Source: an uncultured Clostridia bacterium (GTDB lineage Bacteria > Bacillota > Clostridia > Christensenellales > UBA1242). Taken from it: 64,000 bases of DNA. Under the pieces are notes generated by a model. It made no database searches. It was not told where the DNA came from and was given only the letters and a program-made list of their open reading frames with translations. The position numbers and the translations under genes were made by a program. Of the stretch, positions 29,172 through 39,100 are shown in pieces; position 1 is the first letter of the stretch, and every line of letters begins with the position of its first letter. The stretch lies in NCBI GenBank assembly GCA_930990975.1, contig CAKNRR010000003.1, positions 13,037 through 77,036 of the forward strand. The letters are read 5' to 3'.

Positions 29172-29651
29172 TTATCCTTTTAATAAATTCATAAGTAAAC
29201 CTAAGCAATAGTCAATACCAAAAATAACAACTGCGAACACTAGAACAACAGTCAAAACAACGCCTGTCTTTTTGCAGACATCGCCAAAAGTAGGCCAAGT
29301 AACCTTTTTAAGTTCTGACAAAGTTTCCTTTGCCTTTCTTTTAAACTTGCCCTTTTCTTTTACTTCCTTCTTTGATTTTTTATTGTTTTTGTCATTCTTG
29401 TCTGATTTTTTGTCGCCTTTTGTCTTCTTAGATTTATTTTCGCTTTCTGTTTCTGCAGTTTCTTCTGTTTTTGCTTCTAAATTTTGTTCAGCATTTTCAG
29501 CTTCATCATTTGCAACAGAAACATCTTTTTCTTCAACAACATTTTCATCATTCAATGCTTCAGTTTCTGAATTTGTGGTTGCAGAAGAAGCCAAAGTTTC
29601 AACTTCAGCAATTTTTTTATTATTTTTTTGCGACTTTTTCTTTTTTGACAT
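29172..29651 (-). CDS. secE: preprotein translocase subunit SecE with a roughly 100-aa K/E-rich N-terminal extension
   Basis: C-terminal LSELKKVTWPTFGDVCKKTGVVLTVVLVFAVVIFGIDY is the canonical SecE TM unit. Position between rpmG and nusG. Confidence 0.85.
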   Translation of the reverse strand: MSKKKKSQKNNKKIAEVETLASSATTNSETEALNDENVVEEKDVSVANDEAENAEQNLEAKTEETAETESENKSKKTKGDKKSDKNDKNNKKSKKEVKEKGKFKRKAKETLSELKKVTWPTFGDVCKKTGVVLTVVLVFAVVIFGIDYCLGLLMNLLKG

Positions 29652-29672
29652 AAAACCCCCTATACAATCGGT

Positions 29673-29834
29673 TTATTTGGTTTCTTTATGAACGGTTCTC
29701 TTTCCACAACGAGGACAGAACTTCTTTATTTCCATTCTTTCAGGATTTGCAGAAGTGTTTTTGCTTGACGCATAGTTTCTTTCTTGACATTCTGTGCAAG
29801 CTAATATTATATTTTTACGTTTTGGTGCAGCCAT
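29673..29834 (-). CDS. rpmG: 50S ribosomal protein L33 (53 aa; below the ORF-track cutoff)
   Basis: Hand translation of the minus strand: [61 protein letters not shown]. Zn-ribbon CxxC...CxxC form. Confidence 0.9.
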   Translation of the reverse strand: MAAPKRKNIILACTECQERNYASSKNTSANPERMEIKKFCPRCGKRTVHKETK

Positions 29835-30037
29835 TTTCTTTCTCCTAACAAAAAACTAACACCCCTTTGCAGAAGTGCTAGCATTATATTATCATAATTT
29901 GTTTTTATTGTCAACAATTTTATAATATATTTTCAATTTATTTTAAAAAGATTGTTGATTTTTGTTTGCTGTGCTTTACAGAATTTTTTGTTCAATTTAA
30001 TTTTTAAAAACAATTTATAAAGCCCTTAATTTTTCTA

Positions 30038-30328
30038 TTATTTTGCTGTCTTTTCCAAATCTTTTGAGGTTACAGTAGCATCTACTAACAAAACATAATC
30101 TTCATTTTTTGAAGATTTTTTCACTGTTTCAAAATCTGTAGGCAAATTAAAATCAAAATCATATTTTTCTACATAAACAAAATAGGCTTTCAAACACTCT
30201 TTCGCATACAAATAAGCCTCTTCTACTATAGTGCCATCTGTTGTCAATTCCAAATCTGGGAAAAAAACACGATATACACCTTCTTTGTCATCTTTTATAA
30301 ATACTGCAGGATAAATGTAATTTTTCAT
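30038..30328 (-). CDS. HicB-like antitoxin-family protein (orphan)
   Basis: MKNYIYPAVFIKDDKEGVYRVFFPDLELTTDGTIVEEAYLYAKECL matches the HicB N-terminal (RNase-H-like) fold pattern. SD AAGGAG. No HicA-sized ORF in the flanks. Confidence 0.65.
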   Translation of the reverse strand: MKNYIYPAVFIKDDKEGVYRVFFPDLELTTDGTIVEEAYLYAKECLKAYFVYVEKYDFDFNLPTDFETVKKSSKNEDYVLLVDATVTSKDLEKTAK

Positions 30329-30492
30329 TTAATGCTTACTCCTTAACCCTAGACTTATGGAAGTAAAATTCTTTTACCTTTATGTTTTTATCAAACACTA
30401 ACAAACATTATTATATGTATTATTATTTTTTCTAATCGTTTTTTGGGTGATTTGATAAAATATACAATAATTGCTCCCTAGATTATCTTATC

Positions 30493-30525
30493 ATAAAAAA
30501 AGTGTTTTTCAAAACAAAAAACACA
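30493..30525 (-). terminator. intrinsic terminator of secA
   Basis: GTGTTTTT / AAAAACAC stem (30502-30509 / 30517-30524), followed by a T-run on the minus strand. Confidence 0.65.
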
Positions 30526-30595
30526 ATTTTTATTTAAAATAAACACTTTCTTTTTATATGATTTTCATTGACATATCGTTTTAAGCTTTCACAAA

Positions 30596-33325
30596 TCAAC
30601 GATTATCCTTATCCCAACAACAATTTTTATACTTTTTGCCACTACCGCAAGGACATGGATCATTTCTTCCAGCTTTTGGTTTGTCATTATATACAGTTTT
30701 TTGAACTTGCAATTTTTGTTTTTGCTTTTGAGCTGCTCTTTCTTCTGGTGTGAGTTCCTTCCCTGTGAAGATTATTTTAGCAGGCTCTGGTGCTGGAGCT
30801 TGAGGCTCTTGTCTTATTCTAGCATTCAATAGAATTTTACATGTGCTTTCTCTAATTTTCTCAATCATTGCATCAAACATGTCAAATCCTTCCTTCTTAT
30901 ATGCAAGAACTGGGTCTTGTTGACCAAATTGACGAGCAAGAATTTCATCTTTCATGATTTGCATATCTTCAATTTGGCTCATCCAGTTTATGTCAACCAT
31001 TCTAAGAAGAACATTCCTTTCAATATCCTCAAAGTTTATGCCGATTTCTTCCACTTCTTTATGGCGTTCTTCAAATTTTTTGAGAACTATATCAAGCACT
31101 TTTTCTATCACATCTTTTGTATCACACCCTTCAACAAAATCTTCTGTGATTGTGTTGCTGTCCTTATCCAAAAGTCCATTCTCAAGTTCCTTATTAAGTG
31201 CTGCCAAATCCCATTCATAATATGGCTTTTCATCACTTATAATCTTATATACACTTTTTGCAACAATATCTGGGAACATTTTAAGAATTTGGTCGTGGAC
31301 AGGTTCGCCATCCAAAACCTTATTTCTTTCAGAGTAAATGATTTCTCTTTGTTTGTTCATAACATCGTCAAATTGAAGAACTGTCTTTCTTATGCTGAAG
31401 TTTTGCAATTCAATCTTTCGTTGTGATGCCTCAACTTGTTTTGCAACAGTTTTCATTTGTATTGGTGTTGTATCATCTATTTTAAAGAATGCCAAAATCT
31501 TTTTCAATTTTTCAGTAGCAAATCTTTTGAATAAATCATCATCCAAAGACAAGAAGAACACACTTGAACCTGGATCTCCTTGACGACCAGAACGACCACG
31601 AAGCTGATTGTCTATACGGCGTGATTCATGTCTTTCAGTTCCGACAATATGAAGTCCGCCTAAAGCCTTAACCTCTTCTTTTTCCTTATCTGTGATTTCC
31701 TTATGCTTTGTATAAAGCTTGTTGTATTCCTCTCTTGCTATGTTCAATTTTTCATCGTCAACATAGTTAAAAGCTGTTGCGTAAGAAATTTCCTCATCGG
31801 TGTATCCCTTATCTTTCATTTCTTTTTTTGCGATGAATTCAGGGTTTCCACCAAGCAAAATATCAGTACCTCTACCCGCCATGTTGGTTGCTATTGTAAC
31901 TGTGCCTTTTCGACCAGCTTGAGCAACGATTTCGCTTTCTCTTTCATTATTCTTAGCATTTAAAACCTGATGTTTTATTCCTGCATGCTTTAAAGCTCTT
32001 GAAATAAGTTCTGATTTATCAATGTTTATTGTACCAACAAGAACTGGTTGCCCTTTTTCTTGACATTCTTTTATTTCTTCTATTATCGCTTGAATTTTTC
32101 CTTTCTCAGTGATGTACATTATGTCAGGATAGTCAATTCTTTGTTTTGGAAGGTTTGAAGGTATGATAACTACATCCAAATTATAAATAGTTCTAAATTC
32201 GCCTTCTTCTGTCTTTGCTGTACCAGTCATACCAGAAAGCTTTTTGTAAAGTCTGAAGAAGTTTTGGAATGTTATTGTTGCATAAGTTGTGTTTTCATCT
32301 TTGATGTCCACACCCTCTTTTGCTTCTATTGCTTGGTGAAGACCAGAACTAAATCTTCGCCCTGGAGATAAACGACCAGTAAACTCATCGACAATAATAA
32401 CTTCCCCATCTTTTACAATATAGTTTTCATCTATGTGCATGATGAAATTGGCACGCAAAGCATTATTTATATAATGGTTTATTTCAATATTGTTTATATC
32501 TGACAAATTATCAATATGATAGAAAGCCTCTGCCTTGCTTATACCTTTTTCTGTAAGATTGATTTGTTTTGTTTTTATATCAATCTCAACATCCACATCT
32601 TTTTTCAAACTTTTTGCAAACTTTTGTGCAATAGCGTAGCCATCTGTAGATTTTCCACCACGACCACTTATGATAAGAGGTGTTCTTGCTTCATCAATCA
32701 AAATACTGTCGACCTCATCGACTATCGCAAAGTTAAGTCCTCTTTGAACTCGTGCATTTTTATTGTTTGCCATATTATCACGAAGATAATCAAAGCCAAG
32801 TTCGTTGTTTGTTGTATATGTTATATCTGCCCTATAAGCTTTTTTCTTATCTTCATCACTTTGTCCATTTAAAGAAACACCAACAGTAAGACCAAGGAAT
32901 TTATATACCTTACCCATCCATTCAGCGTCACGCTTTGCCAAATATTCATTGACAGTGACCACATGGACACCTTTCCCAGAAATTGCATTCAAGTATGCAG
33001 GAAGTGTCGCCACCAAAGTTTTTCCTTCACCTGTTGCCATTTCAGCAATTCTTCCTTGATGAAGTGCGATCCCACCAAGAATTTGCACATAAAAATGACG
33101 CATATTCAATACTCTTGAAGCGGCCTCTCTTACAACCGCAAATGCGTCTGGCAACAAATCATTCAATGATTCGCCAACATTATATCTATTTTTAAACTCA
33201 TCTGTACAAGCTCTCAATTGCTCGTTTGTATATTCCTTATATTTATCTTCTAAAGCTATGACTTTGTCTGCTATCTTACGAAGTTTTTTGATTTGTGATT
33301 TATTCTCATTGCCAAAAAGTCCCAT
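30596..33325 (-). CDS. secA: preprotein translocase ATPase SecA
   Basis: 909 aa. Walker A MATGEGKTL, DEVDSILIDEARTPLIISG, C-terminal Zn-finger CPCGSGKKYKNCC. Confidence 0.98.
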   Translation of the reverse strand: MGLFGNENKSQIKKLRKIADKVIALEDKYKEYTNEQLRACTDEFKNRYNVGESLNDLLPDAFAVVREAASRVLNMRHFYVQILGGIALHQGRIAEMATGEGKTLVATLPAYLNAISGKGVHVVTVNEYLAKRDAEWMGKVYKFLGLTVGVSLNGQSDEDKKKAYRADITYTTNNELGFDYLRDNMANNKNARVQRGLNFAIVDEVDSILIDEARTPLIISGRGGKSTDGYAIAQKFAKSLKKDVDVEIDIKTKQINLTEKGISKAEAFYHIDNLSDINNIEINHYINNALRANFIMHIDENYIVKDGEVIIVDEFTGRLSPGRRFSSGLHQAIEAKEGVDIKDENTTYATITFQNFFRLYKKLSGMTGTAKTEEGEFRTIYNLDVVIIPSNLPKQRIDYPDIMYITEKGKIQAIIEEIKECQEKGQPVLVGTINIDKSELISRALKHAGIKHQVLNAKNNERESEIVAQAGRKGTVTIATNMAGRGTDILLGGNPEFIAKKEMKDKGYTDEEISYATAFNYVDDEKLNIAREEYNKLYTKHKEITDKEKEEVKALGGLHIVGTERHESRRIDNQLRGRSGRQGDPGSSVFFLSLDDDLFKRFATEKLKKILAFFKIDDTTPIQMKTVAKQVEASQRKIELQNFSIRKTVLQFDDVMNKQREIIYSERNKVLDGEPVHDQILKMFPDIVAKSVYKIISDEKPYYEWDLAALNKELENGLLDKDSNTITEDFVEGCDTKDVIEKVLDIVLKKFEERHKEVEEIGINFEDIERNVLLRMVDINWMSQIEDMQIMKDEILARQFGQQDPVLAYKKEGFDMFDAMIEKIRESTCKILLNARIRQEPQAPAPEPAKIIFTGKELTPEERAAQKQKQKLQVQKTVYNDKPKAGRNDPCPCGSGKKYKNCCWDKDNR

Positions 33326-33490
33326 TTTTTCTCCTCAAATTAATTTCAATACTTATATAATTTTAACTATTTTTAAATAAATGTCAAACAATTTAGATTG
33401 ACAAGTCCTTTTTTTATTAATATTTGATTTAAAATTGCCTGAAAAATTATTTTATTTTGTAAAAAATTGTTGATTTTTTTAGATTAACTA

Positions 33491-33519
33491 TTGACTAATT
33501 GTGCAAAATATTATAAAAT
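33491..33519 (+). promoter_or_regulatory. sigma-A-type promoter of the 772-aa ORFan
   Basis: -35 TTGACT (33491-33496), 17-nt spacer, -10 TAAAAT (33514-33519). Confidence 0.4.
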
Positions 33520-33567
33520 ATACTAAGTAAAAATTCAGCCAGTTTGATGGCAAAAAAGGAGTTCGTT

Positions 33568-35886
33568 ATGGGAATTTTTTCTAAAATAGGAGAAAAACTT
33601 AAAAATGTTGTAGGCGCTATTAAAAATACTGTCGTTTACAAAAAAGTCGATACTTCAAAAACCATGATCAACAAAGGCGGCAATATTATGTCTGTTGACC
33701 AAAGTGTTAAGGAGAAAAAGAGCCAAATTGCAAGAGAATCAAGAGAACACTTTGAATTAAGTTTCAAAAACAAATCAATTGATGATATTATTGCTTATAT
33801 CAGCGGAGAAAACTTAATCAAAAACTTCAGCAACTCTTCTGAAATCAAAAGGATGAAACGCGACATCGCTGATGCAAACAGAGAAATAAGTCATGACGAT
33901 TCTTTAAATGAAAGAACTCTTGACAACTTATATGGTTTTATGGCTGGTGGACAAAAACCTAATGGAGAAGCTTTTACTGAAGATGAAGTAGCTACTTATT
34001 CAAGAATCGCTGAAAATTGCCAAGCAAGATCAAGAGCCTTATCTTTTGTTAAGGCAAATTTTGCTGCTATTGTAAACAAAGTTGACTTCACTAAAGAAGA
34101 AGACAGAAAGAGCTTTGATAGACTTATGGAAGTTGTTAAAGACTACTGCAAAGTTGCAAACAACTTCTCTGTTGCAGAATTTAGTGCAGCTCAAATTAAT
34201 CCATCACTTGTAGCTAAAGATTCTAGCAACCTTAAAAATGCTTCAAAACTTGCACAAACAAAGACTGACGAAATTGTCATTGATAGAATTCAAAAAGAAA
34301 GTGATACAGCTTTTAGCATCGCCATTTTCGCTAATGGAGATAAAACAAGCGACACAAAAGGTGTTATTGACTATGTGAAAGAATATGATGAAAAAATCCA
34401 AGCTGGTAAAGAATTAACTAAAAATATTAACGACCTTGAAGAAGGTAAAAAACACCTTGCTCAAGAAAATAATCTTTATGCAGCTGGACAAGCTTTCTTA
34501 GATGCTCAAGAGGAGATAGATCCTTATTCAAAAGAAGATACTTTAAGAAGCCAAACTTGGGCTAAACACTTTGGTTTAAACAAGAAAATTCGTGAAAGAC
34601 AAGGCGATTTTCTTGCCCAATTCTATGAAATTGCAAAAAATACCAAGCTTTTCACCGTTGATGACAATTTAGTTGTTAGAGATATTAATGGAAATGAAAT
34701 TCCTGTAACCCTTGATGAAAATGGAAAGGCAAGCGTTGGCAATTTTGAACTTGACATGTTCTCTAATGGAAAAACTCCTGACACAAGAAGCAACCTTGAA
34801 AAATTGATGGATGCAATACAAAGCTACAACTCTAACCCTGAAATCCAAAATCGCCCTGGCACTTTGAAAGTTAAAAGAGATGCTGGCAAAGGCGAAGATG
34901 GACTTATTTATACTGGTCGCCAAGAAAGAATTATGGAATCTGTATTCTTAAAAATGAGAGACTATGCAATTGAACATTTGGATGATGCAGATTGCGTATC
35001 CCCTCTTGATGATTTCTCATTTAAAACTGTAATCCGTTCTTTAAAAACCAAACAAACAACTAATATATACAAAGCAATTTTTGAAGCTCATGCCAAAGAT
35101 CTTAAAAACTTTACATTTAGCAACCTCTCTACCGCTGAAATGAAAGATTTATATGATTTTATAAATGAAAATCAATCTGTTGGAATCAACGCAAGAAAAG
35201 AATTGCAAGATTGGGCAATTGATAACGAATTGATAGAATCATTTACAATTCAAAAGAAAAACAATAAATTAAACAGCATTGTTGACTACATGAAAGATGC
35301 GGCTGTTAATGCAAATAACAACAGAATCAGAAATAGACAAGATGAAAACAATCAACTCGCTGAAGAACTCAATGCTGAACAAACTGAAAAAACTACTGAA
35401 AGAGAGCAAACTTATGCTGGATTAACAGAAGTTAAAAAAGCTCTTGAAGAAATGTTGCCAAAAGTTGAAGCTATAAAAGTTCCTGCAAAAGTAAAAGGTG
35501 TTAAAAATCAAAATTCAAAGAGCAAGAAAGAACTCACTTCTTTAATAAAAGCAATTCTCTCTGATATAGAAAAAATTATGCCAAAATCAGCTGAAGAAAT
35601 TGTTGCTGACACTAAAGAAATTGAACAAGGCGAGACTACCTACACTGATAAACTAGAAAAATTGGTTGAAGAAATAAATTCTTACAACACTCAAGTGCTT
35701 GATGACCTTGCAAAATTGACATCTCAAGACAGAAAAGAAAGAGCTGAGGCAAGAACTAGAATTTATAAAGACTATCTTTCTGCTGAAGATCAAAAAAATT
35801 TGAAAAAATTCATGAATAAAGTTGTTGAAGACATTAAGGAAATTGATGGTTCTGCATTAGCAAATGATGAAACTGAAAGAGAATAA
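33568..35886 (+). CDS. large soluble hypothetical protein (772 aa), K/E/N-rich, partly coiled-coil
   Basis: SD AAGGAG before the ATG at 33568. No TM segment, no signal peptide, no recognisable catalytic motif. Has its own promoter and terminator. Confidence 0.7.
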   Translation: MGIFSKIGEKLKNVVGAIKNTVVYKKVDTSKTMINKGGNIMSVDQSVKEKKSQIARESREHFELSFKNKSIDDIIAYISGENLIKNFSNSSEIKRMKRDIADANREISHDDSLNERTLDNLYGFMAGGQKPNGEAFTEDEVATYSRIAENCQARSRALSFVKANFAAIVNKVDFTKEEDRKSFDRLMEVVKDYCKVANNFSVAEFSAAQINPSLVAKDSSNLKNASKLAQTKTDEIVIDRIQKESDTAFSIAIFANGDKTSDTKGVIDYVKEYDEKIQAGKELTKNINDLEEGKKHLAQENNLYAAGQAFLDAQEEIDPYSKEDTLRSQTWAKHFGLNKKIRERQGDFLAQFYEIAKNTKLFTVDDNLVVRDINGNEIPVTLDENGKASVGNFELDMFSNGKTPDTRSNLEKLMDAIQSYNSNPEIQNRPGTLKVKRDAGKGEDGLIYTGRQERIMESVFLKMRDYAIEHLDDADCVSPLDDFSFKTVIRSLKTKQTTNIYKAIFEAHAKDLKNFTFSNLSTAEMKDLYDFINENQSVGINARKELQDWAIDNELIESFTIQKKNNKLNSIVDYMKDAAVNANNNRIRNRQDENNQLAEELNAEQTEKTTEREQTYAGLTEVKKALEEMLPKVEAIKVPAKVKGVKNQNSKSKKELTSLIKAILSDIEKIMPKSAEEIVADTKEIEQGETTYTDKLEKLVEEINSYNTQVLDDLAKLTSQDRKERAEARTRIYKDYLSAEDQKNLKKFMNKVVEDIKEIDGSALANDETERE

Positions 35887-35888
35887 TT

Positions 35889-35921
35889 TAAACATGACCG
35901 ATAACAAGGTCATGTTTTTTA
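35889..35921 (+). terminator. intrinsic terminator
   Basis: AAACATGACC (35890-35899) pairs with GGTCATGTTT (35908-35917), followed by TTT. Confidence 0.65.
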
Positions 35922-36136
35922 TATGTTTAAGCTCAATGTGTTTTATATTATAATTATTTACCTTTGGTTTAACTTACATCATTTATTTTTATATCTTTAT
36001 ATGTATTAATAACATTCATTTAGGTAAAATTTAAATAAATATTTAGCTAGCTTTTATAAACGCTTCAAAATTTACTTCTTGAATTGAATCCCCCCCTTAT
36101 TTAAAGGAAAATTTTAATGTTTAAATTCCCCTTTAC

Positions 36137-36165
36137 TTGACAATACACTTTTATAATGATATTAT
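36137..36165 (+). promoter_or_regulatory. sigma-A-type promoter of the 1815-aa ORFan
   Basis: -35 TTGACA (36137-36142), 17-nt spacer, -10 TATTAT (36160-36165). Confidence 0.4.
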
Positions 36166-36198
36166 ATATTATAAGTAAAATAATAGTGAGGTAATTTT

Positions 36199-39100
36199 AT
36201 GGTTGAAACAAAAAAACCTAACACAAGATCTGTAGATAACACAGTCTATAGAAGAAATGGAAAAGAAAGAATCAATACTTTGCATCAACATGTCGAAATG
36301 ACAAGCAAAAGGACTTCTAAGCTTTTTGACTTTACAGTTACAGAGCCAACAACCGATGGCTCTAGCACTAAAAAAACATCTGTCATGACTGTTTCACAAA
36401 AGGACAAAAAAACCTATGTGAAAATTTCGCCTGAAATGTTGAAGGAATTTAAAGGACCTAATGGAGTTCCTCTTTTTGATAATGAAACATTAAACAAGGT
36501 TTTTAATGGCGATGGTCTTTTGATTGATAAAAACAGCCAAGGTATAAGTATAAATAGTGTTGGCGACGAAATCATCATTGACATTAAAGGGAAAAATGAA
36601 GGAGAAAACTATAGAATAACAGCTGGACCTACAAACATCTCCCTTGAATATGGAAATGGAGATAATGTCACTCAATATGAATACCACCCTAAAAATCCAG
36701 AAACAGCGATTGACTTGTCTATGAAACGCAGTATTATTGAAAGTATGCTTGACAAAAACAATCCAAACCACAACCTTTTTAATCCTCCAAAACGTGTAAG
36801 AGATGTACCTCAATTCCTTGTTGGTATGTATTTGCAAGATGTAGAAGACAATACAGTTAAACAATTTGGCGATTTTACAATCACTCGTTGCAACTTTGGT
36901 GGAGAAAACTCTTCCCCTTATTGTTTCATTAAGCAAAAAAATGCTAGTGGAAAAGATGAAGTTATCTTATTTGCGAACGGCGGATATCATAAGTGTACCG
37001 GCGAAATTAAAGGACAATATATAAAAGATAAAAACAATAATGAATACTATTTGGCTGTCGGTATAAGATCAGGAACTAAACCATATATACCTATTAAAAT
37101 ACCTATGGTTGATGGCAAGCCTAGTCCAGAATTTGCTGAGGGATTTAAAACTTTAATGGATGGAACAGCTAGAGATGATCAAACCCCTATCCTTGAAGTC
37201 CGTGGTAAAGAAAGAGCTGGGAAAAGCAAAAAACTTGATATTAAAGATGAAGGCATTACTATTGAACATTTGCACTCTTTTGAAATAAAAGATACAAGAG
37301 AATATTCAGATTATCAATTCCAAGTTAAAAGCAAAAAGTTTGATGTTTACGATCAATTTGGTATCACTAGTGAGCGTCCACTTGTTGATCCAGGTCCAGA
37401 TGATGACGGAGATGACTCTGGTGAAAATGGCGGAGGTTCAGGAGATCCTGGTGATTCTGGAAGTTCTGGCGGAACAAATGTTCCTGGCGATGGTGGCGGA
37501 AATCCTCCAACAGACCCAACACAACCTGAAAATCCTCAGCCTGAGAACCCTCAACCTGAAAATCCAGAGCCAGAAGAGCCTGAAGTAGATGAAGCTCAAA
37601 AGAAATTGGATGAACTCAATAAGGCCCGAGAAAAAGAAGCTGAAGAAGCTGAACAAAAGAAATTCGAAGAACAGCAAAAAGCTAAGGGTGAAGCATTTAA
37701 ATCTGGAATGACTTTGGTAAATACGGTTATGGGAAATTCCCTTTCTACTATTGGAGTTTTCCTTATGATTTGCTCAATGATTCCTGGAGTGAATTTTATA
37801 TGTATTCCTGCAGCCATTATGGCTGGCATTGGCTTATTTCAATCAACTTTTGCTGACAAATTGGTATTTAATCCTTATAGAAAGATTAAGCAAAAAGTAA
37901 AAGAAGCTGAAAAATTGCAAGATATTGAATTTGAAGCCAGAGATCAATTCATTGAAAATGAAAGAGAACTCGACAAACTTGTTGCACTTTCTAAAGAAAA
38001 AACTGCTGTTCTTGATAAAATGATGTATGAATCAGCTGAAAATGGTGGAAATAAATTTGCCAAAGAATTCGCTGAAATATTCAATACAAATGGCGTTGGA
38101 TTTATACGCGGTCAAGTTGATGGCGCAAAACAACTTCAAGATATTGGAAATCTTGACAATAGAATCGATATGACCAAAATGCTTGACCAAATTTCTAAAG
38201 CAAAAGATGAAACTCAAAAACAACAACTTATTGAACAATTTAAAACCAACTTTTTCCAAGATTTAGATACAGCAGGACAAGAAAGAGTTGACAATCTTTT
38301 CAGGGCTGAAAATGCTGAAAACCTAAATCAATTTGTAACAGCCTTAAATCAAGCAAACCTTGCCCAATCAAATGAAAGAGCTTTATTTACAACTCAAAGA
38401 GATGCAATTTTAACTGCTGAACAAAATAGGCTTCTATATTTGGCTCGTACAGATAAATTTAGCGAACAACAAAGAGTTACTTATTTTGAAAGATATTCTC
38501 CTGCAATTATTCAAAATATCACTACCCGTCAAAATGGTTCTACAGAAAAATTGAATGAAATTATAAATAGCGTGCCTGAAGCAACGAGAAATAATGCAAT
38601 TATTGAACTTAATAATGCAAGTCAAAAAATGCAAACTCAGGTTGCAAATATTGAAGCACAAGCAAATGAAAATGTTGAAAAACAAAAGAGCATAACCCCT
38701 CTTGTTCAATACAAACAAGCCTTAAGCGCGCTTGCTGATAAAGAAATTTCAACAAGAGAACAATGCTTAGATGCTAGCAAGGATTTCATTAACAACTATA
38801 CCCTTAGCTATTATCAAGGTTATTCTGACAGATTTAAGCAAGGATTGGTTGCAAGTACTAATGGACTTTCAAATGTCAAAGAAAATGATAGTGTAAAAAC
38901 AATAGCTCAACAAATTAATGGCTTTGTTGAAGGTATTTCAGGAGACAAACCTTCTGAAAAAACTCAAAAATTGGCAGAACAACAAAAAGCCATCCAAAAG
39001 ATTATCGAAGACGGCAAATTTGTCGAAGAAATCGGCGACACCTATGTATCTTATCAAGGCTTGAATGATGGCAACACACCTGCTACTGGAAGCCTTGTTG

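Noticed and set aside
29843-29885. A terminator-like hairpin (CTAGCAC...GTGTTAG plus a T-run on the minus strand) immediately upstream of the rpmG SD, considered as a ribosomal-protein attenuator.
   Set aside because: It is equally well explained as the terminator of the upstream hicB-like gene. My promoter assignment for rpmG (TTGACA near 29915) is uncertain, so I cannot tell whether the hairpin lies inside the leader.
33326-33567. The divergence point between minus-strand genes (rplA...secA) and plus-strand genes (33.5-50 kb), considered as a candidate oriC.
   Set aside because: There is no DnaA box (TTATCCACA with up to 1 mismatch) on either strand. The orientation switch is better explained by the ~15.5-kb inversion that also restores sigH-rpmG synteny.
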